Source of the DNA: Longimicrobiales bacterium
GTDB lineage: Bacteria; Gemmatimonadota; Gemmatimonadetes; Longimicrobiales; Gaopeijiaceae
Assembly (NCBI GenBank): GCA_965198065.1
Contig: CBDAON010000004.1
Span: forward strand, 992,001 to 1,056,000
Direction: 5' to 3'
DNA: 64,000 nt
Position 1 is the first letter of the stretch; each line of letters opens with the position of its first letter. A program made the translations under genes and the position numbers. Of the stretch, positions 17,078-27,216 are shown piece by piece. The notes under the pieces were generated by a model. The model made no database searches and was not told where the DNA came from. It saw only the letters and a list, made by a program, of their open reading frames with translations.

Positions 17078-20000
17078 ATGAGCCGACTTCCCTGGGTGTT
17101 GGCGAGCCTCGTCGCGCTGTTCAGCGCCCCGGGGCCGCTGGGGGCGCAGGTGTCCCTCCCCAGCACGGGAGCGGGGGTCGTGGCCGAGCCGTCCGGCCGT
17201 TTCGTCATATCCGGTGTCCCTGCCGGTACCCACAGACTTCGCATTAACGTCCTGGGATACAGGCCGCTGGACCGCCCGGTGAACGTGGTCGCGGGCGAGG
17301 TGACCGAGGTGAGCCTGGGGCTCGAATCCGCAGCCGTGGTGCTCAAGGGTCTCGTCGTGACCGCGCTCGGAATCGAGCGAAGGGCACGCACGCTGGGCGT
17401 GGCTACTCAGCACATCGACGACACGCGCCTCGGCCCGATCGCGCCCAACGTCGTGGCGAGCCTTTCGGGGCGGGTGCCGGGGGTGAGCATCACAAACGCG
17501 ACGACCCAGGGCGGCTCGTCGCGCATCGTGATCCGAGGCGAGAGCTCCCTTCTCGGCAACAACCAGCCTCTGTTCGTGGTGGACGGGATCCCGGTGGACA
17601 ACTACATCGGCGTCCGTCAGGGGGTCCTGGCCGACCAGGGCGGGTACGACTACGGCACCCTGATCAACGACCTCGACCTGGGCTCGATCGAGTCCGTGAC
17701 GGTGCTCAAGGGTCCGAACGCGTCCTCGCTCTACGGCTCCCGCGCGTCAAACGGGGCCATCCTCGTCGATACGAGGAAGGGCATCGGCGCCTTGGGCGGC
17801 GCGGACATCGTCGTCAGTCAGACCGTCACGTGGGAGGACGAGCTCCGCCTGCCGAAGTACCAGAGCGAGTACGGCCAGGGGAACCAGGGGATCTTCGAGT
17901 ACTACGACGGAGACGGAAACGGGCGCTTCGACGAGAGGGACGAGAGCTGGGGCCCCCCGCTCGACGTGGGTCTGATGATCCCGCAGTTCCACAGCCCGGT
18001 CACGGGCGTCGACGCGAACGGGCGGGCCATCCTCGAGCCGCTCCCCTGGGTGTCGCATCCGGACAACATCGACCAGTTCTACGAACGGGGTACGGTGGTC
18101 ACGAGCGTCTCCGTGGCGAGCGCCTCGGACCGCATGAACGGCCGCATGGGCTACACCCGGTTCGGCCAGAACGGGATGGTCCCTGGCAATCGACTCGATC
18201 GCTCGACCTTGAGCCTCGCGGGCGGGATGACGGCCACCGACTGGCTGCGGCTGGACACGTCCCTCCAGTACACCACCCAGGGGGGGCTCAACCGACCGGC
18301 CCAGGGCTACGATCCAAACAACCCGCAGGGTCAGATCGGAGTCTGGTTCGGGCGCCAGGTCGACATGGAGCTGCTCCGGCGGAACTACTTGGAGCGCTTC
18401 CCGGATGGGCACCCGGCGGCCGGCACGCCCTACAACTGGCAGCGGCATTACTGGAACAACCCGTATTACCTCCAGTTGGCGAACGGCAACGAGGACGAGC
18501 GCAACCGGCTCTTCGGCCAGGTCTCCGCTTCGTTTCAGCTGATGCCGTGGCTCGCCGGGATGGCTCGGACCGCCACCGACTGGTACGAGGACGATCGCTT
18601 GAAGGCCTGGGCCGAAGACAACTGCTGCATGTACTCGACGAACCCCCTCACCGGCGGGCGTGAGCCCGTTCAGGGAACGGGGGCGTTCGCCAGGGTGGGA
18701 CCTGGGCTTTCAGGAGACGAACTACACGGACTTCCTGTTCCAGGCGACGCCGGACCTGGGCTTTCCCGTTTCGACCTCCGTCAGCTTCGGCGGAAACCGA
18801 CGTGACTGGAGGCGCACGCAGGATTACGTCTGGGTGGGCCGGCTCGCGACCCCCGGGATCTTCAACGTGGGAAACGCATCCGTCGCACCCGACAGCTACG
18901 TCCGCATATACGACAAGCGCGTGAACAGCCTTTACGGCCAAGTCCTGGTCGGGTACGAGGATTATCTCTTCGCGACAGTGACCGGAAGGAACGACTGGTC
19001 GTCCACGCTCCCCGAGCAGAGCCGCTCCTACTTCTACCCGTCCGTCAGCGGAAGCTTCGTGTTCTCGGACGCCGTCGGGTCGCTCCGGGAAAGCGACCGA
19101 TTAAGCTACGGGAAGCTGCGGGCGAGCTGGGCGCGCGCCGGCAACGATACCGACCCCTACTTGCTCAGAAACACCTACGTCGCGAGCGAGATCTGGGAGG
19201 GGAGCCCCACGTTCACCGTACCGGGCGCCTTGCAGAACGCGGATCTCCGCCCCGAGATCACCGAGTCGATCGAGGTGGGCCTGGAGCTGGCCTTCCTTGA
19301 CGACCGCCTGGGGGTGGACGTCACGTACTACACCGAGGAAACGCGCGACCAGATCTTCAACGTCAACATCTCACCCACGACGGGATACAGGAGCCGGTGG
19401 CTGAACGCCGGGACCGTCGAGAACAAGGGATGGGAGCTGATGGTCGCCGCCATCCCTTACGAGACCGCCACGGCGCAGTGGCAGACCTCCCTGACCTGGT
19501 CCGCGAACGAGAACACCGTGATCGAGCTGGCCGATGGCGTCACCGGTCTCGAGATCAGCCATCAGGTGCACTGGGGCGCTTCCATCTTCGCGAGGCAGGG
19601 AGAGCCCTACGGTCAGATCGTGGGCCGGGCGTACGAGCGCAGCCCCGACGGGGGGATCCTGGTGGACGCGGCGGGCTACCCGGTGCGCACCCCGACCCCG
19701 CAGGTGATCGGAAACGTCAACCGAGATTGGCGAGCCGGCTGGTGGAACCAGCTGACCCTCGGGCCGTTCACGTTATCGGGCCTGCTGGATGGGAAGGTCG
19801 GTGGCGACCTGTACTCGGTGTCAAAGTTCCACGGCACCTTTACGGGCGTGTTCGCCGAGACGGCCGGCCCCGGCCGCTGCATTCGGGCGGAGAACCCCGA
19901 CTCGTACTATCCGGTTTGCGATGCCGACACCGGGATCATCTTCGACGGCATGCGGAGCGTGGTGATCGGCGCCGACACGACGTACGTCGAGAACGAGGTC

Positions 20001-20313
20001 CCCGTGGATGGCCGCAGCCTGGGCTTCTTCAACAACTTCCTCATCGCCGAGGCTAACGTCGTGGACGGCACCTTCCTCAAGCTGCGTGAGCTGTCGGTGT
20101 CGTACGACCTTCCGGAGTCCTGAGGTGACGCGCGCGCGGATGAGCGCCGCGCAGATCACGCTGATCGGCCGGAACCTGTGGCTCTGGACACCGAGCGAAA
20201 ACCCGCACTTCGACCCGGAACACGTCACCGAGGCGAGCAACGTGCAAGGGTTTGAGTACGGCCAGATTCCTCCGGCGAGAAGCTTCGGATTCAAGCTGAC
20301 CGCGCGGCCCTGA
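17078..20313 (+). pseudogene. SusC/RagA TonB-dependent receptor interrupted by two +1 frameshifts (~18693 and ~20122)
   Basis: Plug motifs (IRGESSLLGNNQPLFVVDG, VLKGPNASSLYGSRASNGAI) in 17078-18805; barrel continues in 18660-20123 (RNDWSSTLP, LRPEITESIEVG); C-terminus (GRNLWLWT...PPARSFGFKL) in a third frame ending 20313. Confidence 0.88.
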
Positions 20314-20339
20314 CCCAGACGCGACAGGAGATCACCGCG

Positions 20340-21773
20340 GTGAACGGCACGAAACGGATCCAGGCCGTCGCCCTGCTCGGGCTGGTGGCCGCGCTCGGAG
20401 CAGCGTGCGACTCGGGCCTCACGGACGTGAACGAGAACCCGAACCAGCCCGAGGTCGTGCCGGTCGGAAGCGTTCTGGCGAGCGGCATGTGGAACCTTAT
20501 CGCGAACGCCGCGGGACGGGGAGTCTTCGGAGAAATGACGACGGCGTTCCACACGTATCTCTGGTCCCAGCACCTCACCGCGTTGGCCTACAACGAGAAG
20601 GACCGATACACGCCGCGCGAAGGCGTGAACGAGCTGATCTGGGGCGAGATGTACGCGGGCGCGCTCCTCGACCTGAAGCGCGCGCAGGAGCTCGCCGTGG
20701 GGGACGGGAACGACAACTTGATCGCGGTGACGGACATTCTTCTGGTCTACGGGTTTCTCTTCCTCACGGACCTGTTCGGAGACATCCCGTACGAGGAGGC
20801 CCTGAACCTCGAGGACTACAGAGCTCCGGCGTTCACGCCCCAGTCCGAGATCTATCCGGACCTGCTCCGACGTCTCGAGGTCGCGGCGGAGACGATCGAC
20901 TCCTCTTCGCGCCCGGACTGGGCCTCCGGGGACCTGATCTATGGGGGGGACATGGAGCGCTGGGAGGAATTCGCCCACTCCCTCCGGCTCCGCATAGCCA
21001 TGCGCACGCAGAAGACCGCCTACGGGCCCACCGCGGCCCAAGAGTTCAGCCGGTCGTGGAGCGCGAACCGGTTCGACGGGAACGGCGACGCGGCGTCGCT
21101 AGCGTGGACGGGCACGCTCCCCTCGCAAAACCCGATGTACGAGTTCGTCGAGCTGGGTGGTCGCGACGGCGACTTCCGGGTCAGCCAGTCGATTGTGGAC
21201 TCACTGGCGGCACGAAACGACCCCCGGCTCGCGGTCTTCGCGGACGCCGCGGCCTCGGACGGGATCATGCGAGGTCTACGCAACGGCTTGCTCCCGATCG
21301 ACGAGAACCGGGGAGTCGCCGACTACTCGACGATCGGCGCGGCGTTTCTCGCCCCTGACGCGCCGTCCGTTCTGATGTCGTACGCGGAGGTCCTCTTCCT
21401 CGGGGCCGAGGCGGCGGCGCGCGGCTGGATTTCCGGCGACCCGGAGGCCCTCTATCGGGATGCGATCACGGCGTCTATGGAGCAGCACGGAATCGCTCCG
21501 GCAGCGATCGAGGCGTATCTGGCGCAGCCGTCCGTGGCGTACACGGGGCTGGACGACATCCTGACGCAGAAATGGATCGCCCTGTACATGGCGGGTCCCG
21601 AGGCGTTCGCCGAGGTCCGGAGGACGGGGATCCCGGACCTGACCCCCGCGGAAAACGGCGTGATCGACGAGATCCCGTCCCGGATGCCGTATCCGGCAAA
21701 CGAGGGGCTCTACAACCCCAACTTCAAGGATTACGAGGGCGTAGACTACACCACCCCGCTCTGGTGGATGTGA
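20340..21773 (+). CDS. SusD/RagB-like outer membrane lipoprotein
   Basis: Lipobox GAAC, NENPNQP, TDLFGDIPY.EAL, DPRL, ILTQKWIALY, EAFAEVRRTG; directly follows SusC. Confidence 0.92.
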   Translation: MNGTKRIQAVALLGLVAALGAACDSGLTDVNENPNQPEVVPVGSVLASGMWNLIANAAGRGVFGEMTTAFHTYLWSQHLTALAYNEKDRYTPREGVNELIWGEMYAGALLDLKRAQELAVGDGNDNLIAVTDILLVYGFLFLTDLFGDIPYEEALNLEDYRAPAFTPQSEIYPDLLRRLEVAAETIDSSSRPDWASGDLIYGGDMERWEEFAHSLRLRIAMRTQKTAYGPTAAQEFSRSWSANRFDGNGDAASLAWTGTLPSQNPMYEFVELGGRDGDFRVSQSIVDSLAARNDPRLAVFADAAASDGIMRGLRNGLLPIDENRGVADYSTIGAAFLAPDAPSVLMSYAEVLFLGAEAAARGWISGDPEALYRDAITASMEQHGIAPAAIEAYLAQPSVAYTGLDDILTQKWIALYMAGPEAFAEVRRTGIPDLTPAENGVIDEIPSRMPYPANEGLYNPNFKDYEGVDYTTPLWWM

Positions 21774-21869
21774 GCGGCCCCGACGGCCCGGACCGGCGTT
21801 TCCGATCGCGTTCCCGGTACCCCGTTCCCGGTAGCCCGACCCGGCAGTTTCCGGTGCCCCTCTCCGGGG

Positions 21870-22592
21870 TTAGCGGCCCGCCCACTCCGATCGGGCCGCC
21901 TCAAGCCGCTCGGGCGTGCCCACCTCGAACCAGGCCGCGTCCCCAATCGAGTACGGCACGATCCGCTCCCCCTCCGAAGCGAGCCTGAGGTACACGTCGA
22001 GGATCGGAAAGACGCCCATTTCCGTGATCCTCCCGGGGAGGTCCTCGGATGCGACGTGAACTCCCGAGAAGGACCACTCCCGCGGTCGCTCCCCGGGGGG
22101 GCGGACCTCCGTCCGCGCGCCGCGTGTGTCGTCCACGCGCCCTAAGAGCCCCTGGTCGTCGAAGAGGAGCCGCCTGGTGCTCTTCCGATCGCTCACCCCG
22201 AGCGTCACGAGCGCGCCAGACTCTCGATGGGCTCTCCACATAGCCCCGAGATCCACGTCCGAGAGAACGTCTACGTTGTACAGGAAGAAGGGAGCGTCTC
22301 CACGAAGCAGCCCGGCCGCCTGCTTCAGCCCTCCGCCGGTCTCCAGCGGTCGTTCCTCCTCGACCGAGAGGATCACCTCCGCTCCGAGGTCGTGCGTCTC
22401 GAGCCAGCGGGCGATTCGATCCGCGTGATGGTGCACGTTCACCACGATCCGGTCGACACCCGCGCCGACGAGGCGGGACGCCACGTGCTCGAGCATCGTA
22501 CGCCCGCCCACGTGCAGGAGCGCCTTCGGAGCCTCGTGCCCGATCTCTCCCAGTCGGGTCCCGAGGCCCGCAGCCAGGATCAGGGCGTCCAA
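21870..22592 (-). CDS. nucleotidyltransferase, MurU-like (NDP-sugar pyrophosphorylase family)
   Basis: ALILAAGLGTRL...PKALL, LETGGGL, YNVDVLSD, EVGTPE; TTG start overlapping the upstream gene. Confidence 0.88.
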   Translation of the reverse strand: MDALILAAGLGTRLGEIGHEAPKALLHVGGRTMLEHVASRLVGAGVDRIVVNVHHHADRIARWLETHDLGAEVILSVEEERPLETGGGLKQAAGLLRGDAPFFLYNVDVLSDVDLGAMWRAHRESGALVTLGVSDRKSTRRLLFDDQGLLGRVDDTRGARTEVRPPGERPREWSFSGVHVASEDLPGRITEMGVFPILDVYLRLASEGERIVPYSIGDAAWFEVGTPERLEAARSEWAGR

Positions 22593-24073
22593 GAAGCGGG
22601 CTCGGCTCCGGGCCAGCGTGACCTCTCGCGATGCCGCACACTCACGTCCAGGTCCGGAAACCGCTCGCGCAGCTCGCGCGCGAGGCGCTCGGACAAATAC
22701 ACCGACCGGTGCTGACCCCCGGTGCAACCGAAAGCCACGGACATGTCCTCGAGCCGGCGCTCGCGGAAGCTCTCCACGTGCTGGACGACCAGACTCCAGG
22801 CGGCGTCCCAGAGCCGCTCCACCTCCGGGAGGGCCTCCATAAAGCGGACAACCTCCGGGTCCGTGCCGGTCGCGCGCGAGAGCTCCTCCAGCCGACCCGG
22901 ATTCGGAAGGGACCGGCAGTCGAAAACGAAGCCACCCCCGTGTCCCCGATCGTCCGACGGATACCCGTCCCGGTAGCTGAAGCTTGAGACGTGGACGGCC
23001 AATCGGTTAGACCGAGCCGGCGCGGGCGGCTCCGCCGACCAGTCCACAACGATGCGCCGAAGCGCCCGCTCGAGCTCCGGGGCCTGGACGGGGAGCGGCC
23101 CTCGCTCCAGGATCCCGGCAACGTTCCCCGCGGCGTACGGAACGCTCTCGAGGAATCGCGGCTTCCGTTCGAAGAACCCGCGATATCCGTACGAACCCAG
23201 GGCCTGGAGGATCCGGACAAGGACGTAGCCGCGATAGAGCTCGCGGAAACGGTCCGGACTCACGTCGACCCACTTGGAGAGCGCCTCGATGTAGCCGTCC
23301 AGCAGCCGCTCGCGGACCGCTTCGGGGATCGCGGCCTTCGCGTCGTAGAGGAGAGACGCGATGTCGTATTGGAGCGCGCCTCTCCTCCCACCCTGGTAGT
23401 CGATGAAGCGAGGCGTCCCCTCCTGGACGAGGATGTTCCGCGACTGGAAATCTCGGTACAAGAAGGAGTCAGAATCGGCCTCGAGAAGGAAGCGCGTCAG
23501 GCGCTCGAAGTCGTCCTCCAGGAGCTGCTCGTTGAACGGGATCCGGGCCAGCTTGAGGAAGTGGTACTTGAAGTAGTTCAGGTCCCAGCGGATAGACCGG
23601 GCGTCGAAGGCGGCCCGCGGATACGCAGCGTCGAAATCGATGGCCCGCCCCCCCTCGAGCTGGAACCGCGGCAGAATCCCGACGACCCGCAGGTAGACGT
23701 CCAGGATCTCACCCGGAAAGTCGTTGTCCTCCCCTCCGAGCCCCGGCATCGCCCCACTCCTGGACTCCCGCGCCCTGGACAGCGCCTGGAACAGGGTCGT
23801 GTCGCCCAGGTCCTCGACCAGCCAGACCCCCGAGGCCTCGGCGGCGGCGTAGAGCTCGGGGACGGGGAGCTCAAGGTCCCGAAACGTGCGCGTGAAGGAA
23901 ATGAAGGCCCGGTTCTCGTCCGAGTCCGGTCCGTATCCGCCCACGACCGTGCCGTGCGGTCCGCCCCGGAGACGGACGTACGTTCGGACAGACCCGTCGG
24001 CTGCCATCCGCTCCATCGAGTCAGGAACGGTGCCGAACGTGCGTCGGAAGAGGTCGCGGATCGCAGCGTGCAT
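22580..24073 (-). CDS. AmgK-like aminoglycoside-phosphotransferase-fold kinase fused to a RapZ C-terminal domain
   Basis: DGSVRTYVR, EDLGD, YRDFQSRN, IDYQGG, YDIASLL, then SSFSY..FVFDCRSLPNPG and AFGCTGGQHRSVY. Confidence 0.9.
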   Translation of the reverse strand: MHAAIRDLFRRTFGTVPDSMERMAADGSVRTYVRLRGGPHGTVVGGYGPDSDENRAFISFTRTFRDLELPVPELYAAAEASGVWLVEDLGDTTLFQALSRARESRSGAMPGLGGEDNDFPGEILDVYLRVVGILPRFQLEGGRAIDFDAAYPRAAFDARSIRWDLNYFKYHFLKLARIPFNEQLLEDDFERLTRFLLEADSDSFLYRDFQSRNILVQEGTPRFIDYQGGRRGALQYDIASLLYDAKAAIPEAVRERLLDGYIEALSKWVDVSPDRFRELYRGYVLVRILQALGSYGYRGFFERKPRFLESVPYAAGNVAGILERGPLPVQAPELERALRRIVVDWSAEPPAPARSNRLAVHVSSFSYRDGYPSDDRGHGGGFVFDCRSLPNPGRLEELSRATGTDPEVVRFMEALPEVERLWDAAWSLVVQHVESFRERRLEDMSVAFGCTGGQHRSVYLSERLARELRERFPDLDVSVRHRERSRWPGAEPASWTP

Positions 24074-24207
24074 TCCAGAAAGATACTAGGGAGGCTTCGC
24101 ATGACTACGCCCGGAGGCCGCGGCGCTTCCTTGCTCGGCCGCACCACGGTCCGTACGATTCCCCTTTCGCCCCGTGCACTCCTCATGGCGGTGGAGGGAC
24201 GACCCCG

Positions 24208-25452
24208 ATGAGCTTCCGTTCGCCCCTTTTCGTAGCCGCCCTCACACTGCCCTGCCTCGCATCCGCCACGTTCGGCCAGGAGCCGGGGGTGGTGCGGACG
24301 ACGGATGCGTCGGGGACCGAGATCGTGACGCTCACGGGGGCCCCCGGGGACTACGGGTCGATCGGATCGTTGGCTGCCGCCCCGGACCTCGAGATCGCCT
24401 CGCTGACCGGGAGCGACGTGGATTTCCTGGGCGCCATCCGGGCGGTCCGGACGCTCCCCGACGGCTCCCTCATCGTGGCCGACGGTCAAAAGGGTCTGAT
24501 CGGACTCTTCGACCCGGAAGGCGATCCGGTCGGGACCATGGGTGGGCTCGGGGAGGTCCCGGGGCTGTTCCGGACCCTCTCGACCGTCCCCTTCGTGAGT
24601 GGGGACAGCGTCTGGGTATGGGACGAAATGTCTGACCGCATGACGGTCTTCAGTACCGACGGATCGGTGGCCCGATCGATGATGCTCCCCCCGCTGGCGA
24701 GCTTCGAGTTTCAAAAAGTGTTCGTGCTTCCGAACGGAGGGCTCCTGGGTTCGTCGGAGGGTCGCGTGGTCTTCCCGACTATGGGCATCCAAATGGGATC
24801 CACGCTCCAACGGGACTCGGTGCACCTCGTGCTGTACAGCCCGACCGGAGCGATGATGCGTCCACTCGTGTCCTTCCCGGGGGCCGAGTCGCTACAAGTC
24901 CTCCTGTCGACCCGACCGAACCAGGTCACCAGCATTACGCTTCCCCTCCCCTTCCAGAGAAACGGCCCGTTCGCGGTGACGGACGAGTGGATCGTCGGGG
25001 GGGCGAACGACCGCTTCGAACTAAGCTGGTGGAGTCACGAGGGAGACCTCGAGCGCGTGACCCGCTTTCCGTCGTACGACCGGCCGGTCTCGGCCGCCGA
25101 GGTCGATGCCCTGCGTGGGGAGTGGCTCGAGCAGGCCGGAGGCTCTCCGCAGAGCGTCGAGATGGTGGAGATGTCCTTCAGCGAGGCGGCCATACCGGAG
25201 CTTCTTCCCGCCTTCCAGACGGTGCTGGTCGGCCAGGACGGGCGCGTCTGGGTTCGGGAGCACGACCTCCACGCTGACGGCGCACCGAAGTGGTGGGCCT
25301 TCGACCCCGACGGCGGCGTCCCCGAGGGTTGGCTGGAAGTCCCCGCGGACCTAGAGGTCCACGAGATCGGTGAGGACTATGTCCTAGCGGTGTGGAGAGA
25401 TTTCACGGGGCTTCCGTTCGTTCGCCGCTACCTCGTTGATCTGTCGGAGTGA
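24208..25452 (+). CDS. secreted beta-propeller protein (6-bladed type), function unknown
   Basis: Signal peptide; blade-like repeats (PDGSLIVAD, FDPEG..VGTMGGLGEVPG, GDSVWVWD, GQDGRVWV). Confidence 0.75.
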   Translation: MSFRSPLFVAALTLPCLASATFGQEPGVVRTTDASGTEIVTLTGAPGDYGSIGSLAAAPDLEIASLTGSDVDFLGAIRAVRTLPDGSLIVADGQKGLIGLFDPEGDPVGTMGGLGEVPGLFRTLSTVPFVSGDSVWVWDEMSDRMTVFSTDGSVARSMMLPPLASFEFQKVFVLPNGGLLGSSEGRVVFPTMGIQMGSTLQRDSVHLVLYSPTGAMMRPLVSFPGAESLQVLLSTRPNQVTSITLPLPFQRNGPFAVTDEWIVGGANDRFELSWWSHEGDLERVTRFPSYDRPVSAAEVDALRGEWLEQAGGSPQSVEMVEMSFSEAAIPELLPAFQTVLVGQDGRVWVREHDLHADGAPKWWAFDPDGGVPEGWLEVPADLEVHEIGEDYVLAVWRDFTGLPFVRRYLVDLSE

Positions 25453-25505
25453 GCCGCAAGCGAAAGCCCCGGGGCCGCTCGGCATTCCTGTCCGCCCCTG
25501 CCCTC

Positions 25506-27095
25506 CTAACGCCCGACCTGCTGGACCCGCTCGAACTCCGCAATCGCGTTCGTATAGTTGATGATCGCCCGGAGCTCCGTGAGACGCGCCGAGGTCAGCG
25601 TGTTCTGGGACGACACGACCTGGAAGTTCGTGGACGCTCCCACTGAGAAGCGCACGAGCTCCGCCTCCGTGCTCCGCTCCGCGGCCTCGCGGCTCCGGCG
25701 TGCGGCCTCCAGCTGGAGGAACGTGTTCTCCACTGCGAGACCGGCGTTTGTGACCTCGGTCGCTATCGCGAGATCCTGGCTCCGGAGGGCGATCTCGTCC
25801 TGCCGGAGCTGGAGCTGGGCCCGCTCCACGTTGGCCTTGGCCGACCGCATCCCGATCGGGTACGTGAAGCTCAGGCTCAGGTTCAGGCTGGGCGTTTCGA
25901 AGTTCGTGAGCGAGTTGAGCCCATCCACATAGCCGCCCCGCTCGATGAGCTCGGGAGCGCCGCCCAGGCCGGAGCGCGAGAAGAGGTCGCCTCCCACGCC
26001 TAGGAGCGAGTACGACGCGGTCAGATTCAGATCAGGGAGCGCATCCTCGCGGGTGACGTCAAGGTTCAACTCCGAGATCTCGTACCGCTGACGCAGCTGT
26101 CGAATGTCCGTGCGGTTCAGGCGCGCACGCTCGATGGCCGCTTCGATGTCTGCCTCCACCTCCTCGATCGCCGGCACGTCGACCGGCGAGATCGTCTGCG
26201 CGAAGAGGGGGTCGTCGGGACCACCGACCAACAGCCGCTTCAGGGTCAGCTCCTGGGTGCGCCACTGGATCTCGGCGTTCAGGAGCCCCTGCTCGGCGTT
26301 TGCCACCTGCGCCTCGGCCTGCACCAGCTCGATCTCCGCCAGCGTCCCCAGTGTTACCCGAAGCCTGTTGTTCTCCAGGAGTTGCTGGGCCTGCTCGAGG
26401 CTCCGCCGCTGGATCTCGATCTGCTCGATCGCGGAGCGCAGGGCCCAGTAGGCCACGCGGACCTCGTTCGAGATGTTCTCGATCTGGCCGGTGAGCTGGA
26501 TGTCCGTGATCTCCTGCTGGATCACCTGCGTCTCAAGAGCCGTGCGCTGGTTGTCCGTCCGGAGGCCCGAGAGTAGAGGCTGCGTGTAGCTGAGGCTCAT
26601 GGACGAGCTGTAGCTGGGGTTCCGCGTCGCGAAGGAGTTGTCCGTGGACGTGCGGCTGTTGTTGAAGCTCGTGCTGAGTCGCCCCCCGTACCACGGGAGC
26701 GTCTGCGAGAGCTGGAGGTTCACGCTGCCGCGCTCGGTGGTCGTCCGGGCCCCCCCGTCCAACTGACTGGTGGACTGGTTGGACGAGTTGTTGTATCCGA
26801 TGGATCCCCCCAGGGTCGGCGAGAACGCCGCGTCGACGGAAGTCATCGCATAGCTCTGGATCTCGGGCGCGAGACGGGCGCTCTGGAGGTCCAGGTTGCT
26901 CCGGCGCGCGCGGTCGATCGCCTCCTGGAGCGTCAAGGTGACGAGGGTCTCGCCGGGATCCGCCGGAGGTAACGCCGAGCCCACCTCGTACCGGCCCTCG
27001 GGAGGCGCGCCAGCCTGCTGGGCAAGAGTGCCCCGGGGGCCAGCCAGGATCACGGAAACCGCGAAGACGAGGGTACTCCACGCCTGCTTCGTCAT
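25506..27095 (-). CDS. TolC family outer membrane efflux protein
   Basis: Signal peptide, LTLQEAI.RA, two OEP repeats, LPDLNLTASY, RFSVGASTNFQV. Confidence 0.9.
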   Translation of the reverse strand: MTKQAWSTLVFAVSVILAGPRGTLAQQAGAPPEGRYEVGSALPPADPGETLVTLTLQEAIDRARRSNLDLQSARLAPEIQSYAMTSVDAAFSPTLGGSIGYNNSSNQSTSQLDGGARTTTERGSVNLQLSQTLPWYGGRLSTSFNNSRTSTDNSFATRNPSYSSSMSLSYTQPLLSGLRTDNQRTALETQVIQQEITDIQLTGQIENISNEVRVAYWALRSAIEQIEIQRRSLEQAQQLLENNRLRVTLGTLAEIELVQAEAQVANAEQGLLNAEIQWRTQELTLKRLLVGGPDDPLFAQTISPVDVPAIEEVEADIEAAIERARLNRTDIRQLRQRYEISELNLDVTREDALPDLNLTASYSLLGVGGDLFSRSGLGGAPELIERGGYVDGLNSLTNFETPSLNLSLSFTYPIGMRSAKANVERAQLQLRQDEIALRSQDLAIATEVTNAGLAVENTFLQLEAARRSREAAERSTEAELVRFSVGASTNFQVVSSQNTLTSARLTELRAIINYTNAIAEFERVQQVGR

Positions 27096-27216
27096 GGACT
27101 CGTACCTCTGGATCGAAAGGGTTGTCGCGCGCGCCTTCGCCGCGCGCGTTTCGCTACGCCCTTGGACACCTGGGGAGCCTGGAATGTTAGCCGAAGAGGG
27201 CAGCGCCCCGCCGAGG

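Noticed and set aside
21774..21869. Mini CRISPR array
   Set aside because: Repeats are ~11 nt, degenerate and lack spacers; no cas genes are present.
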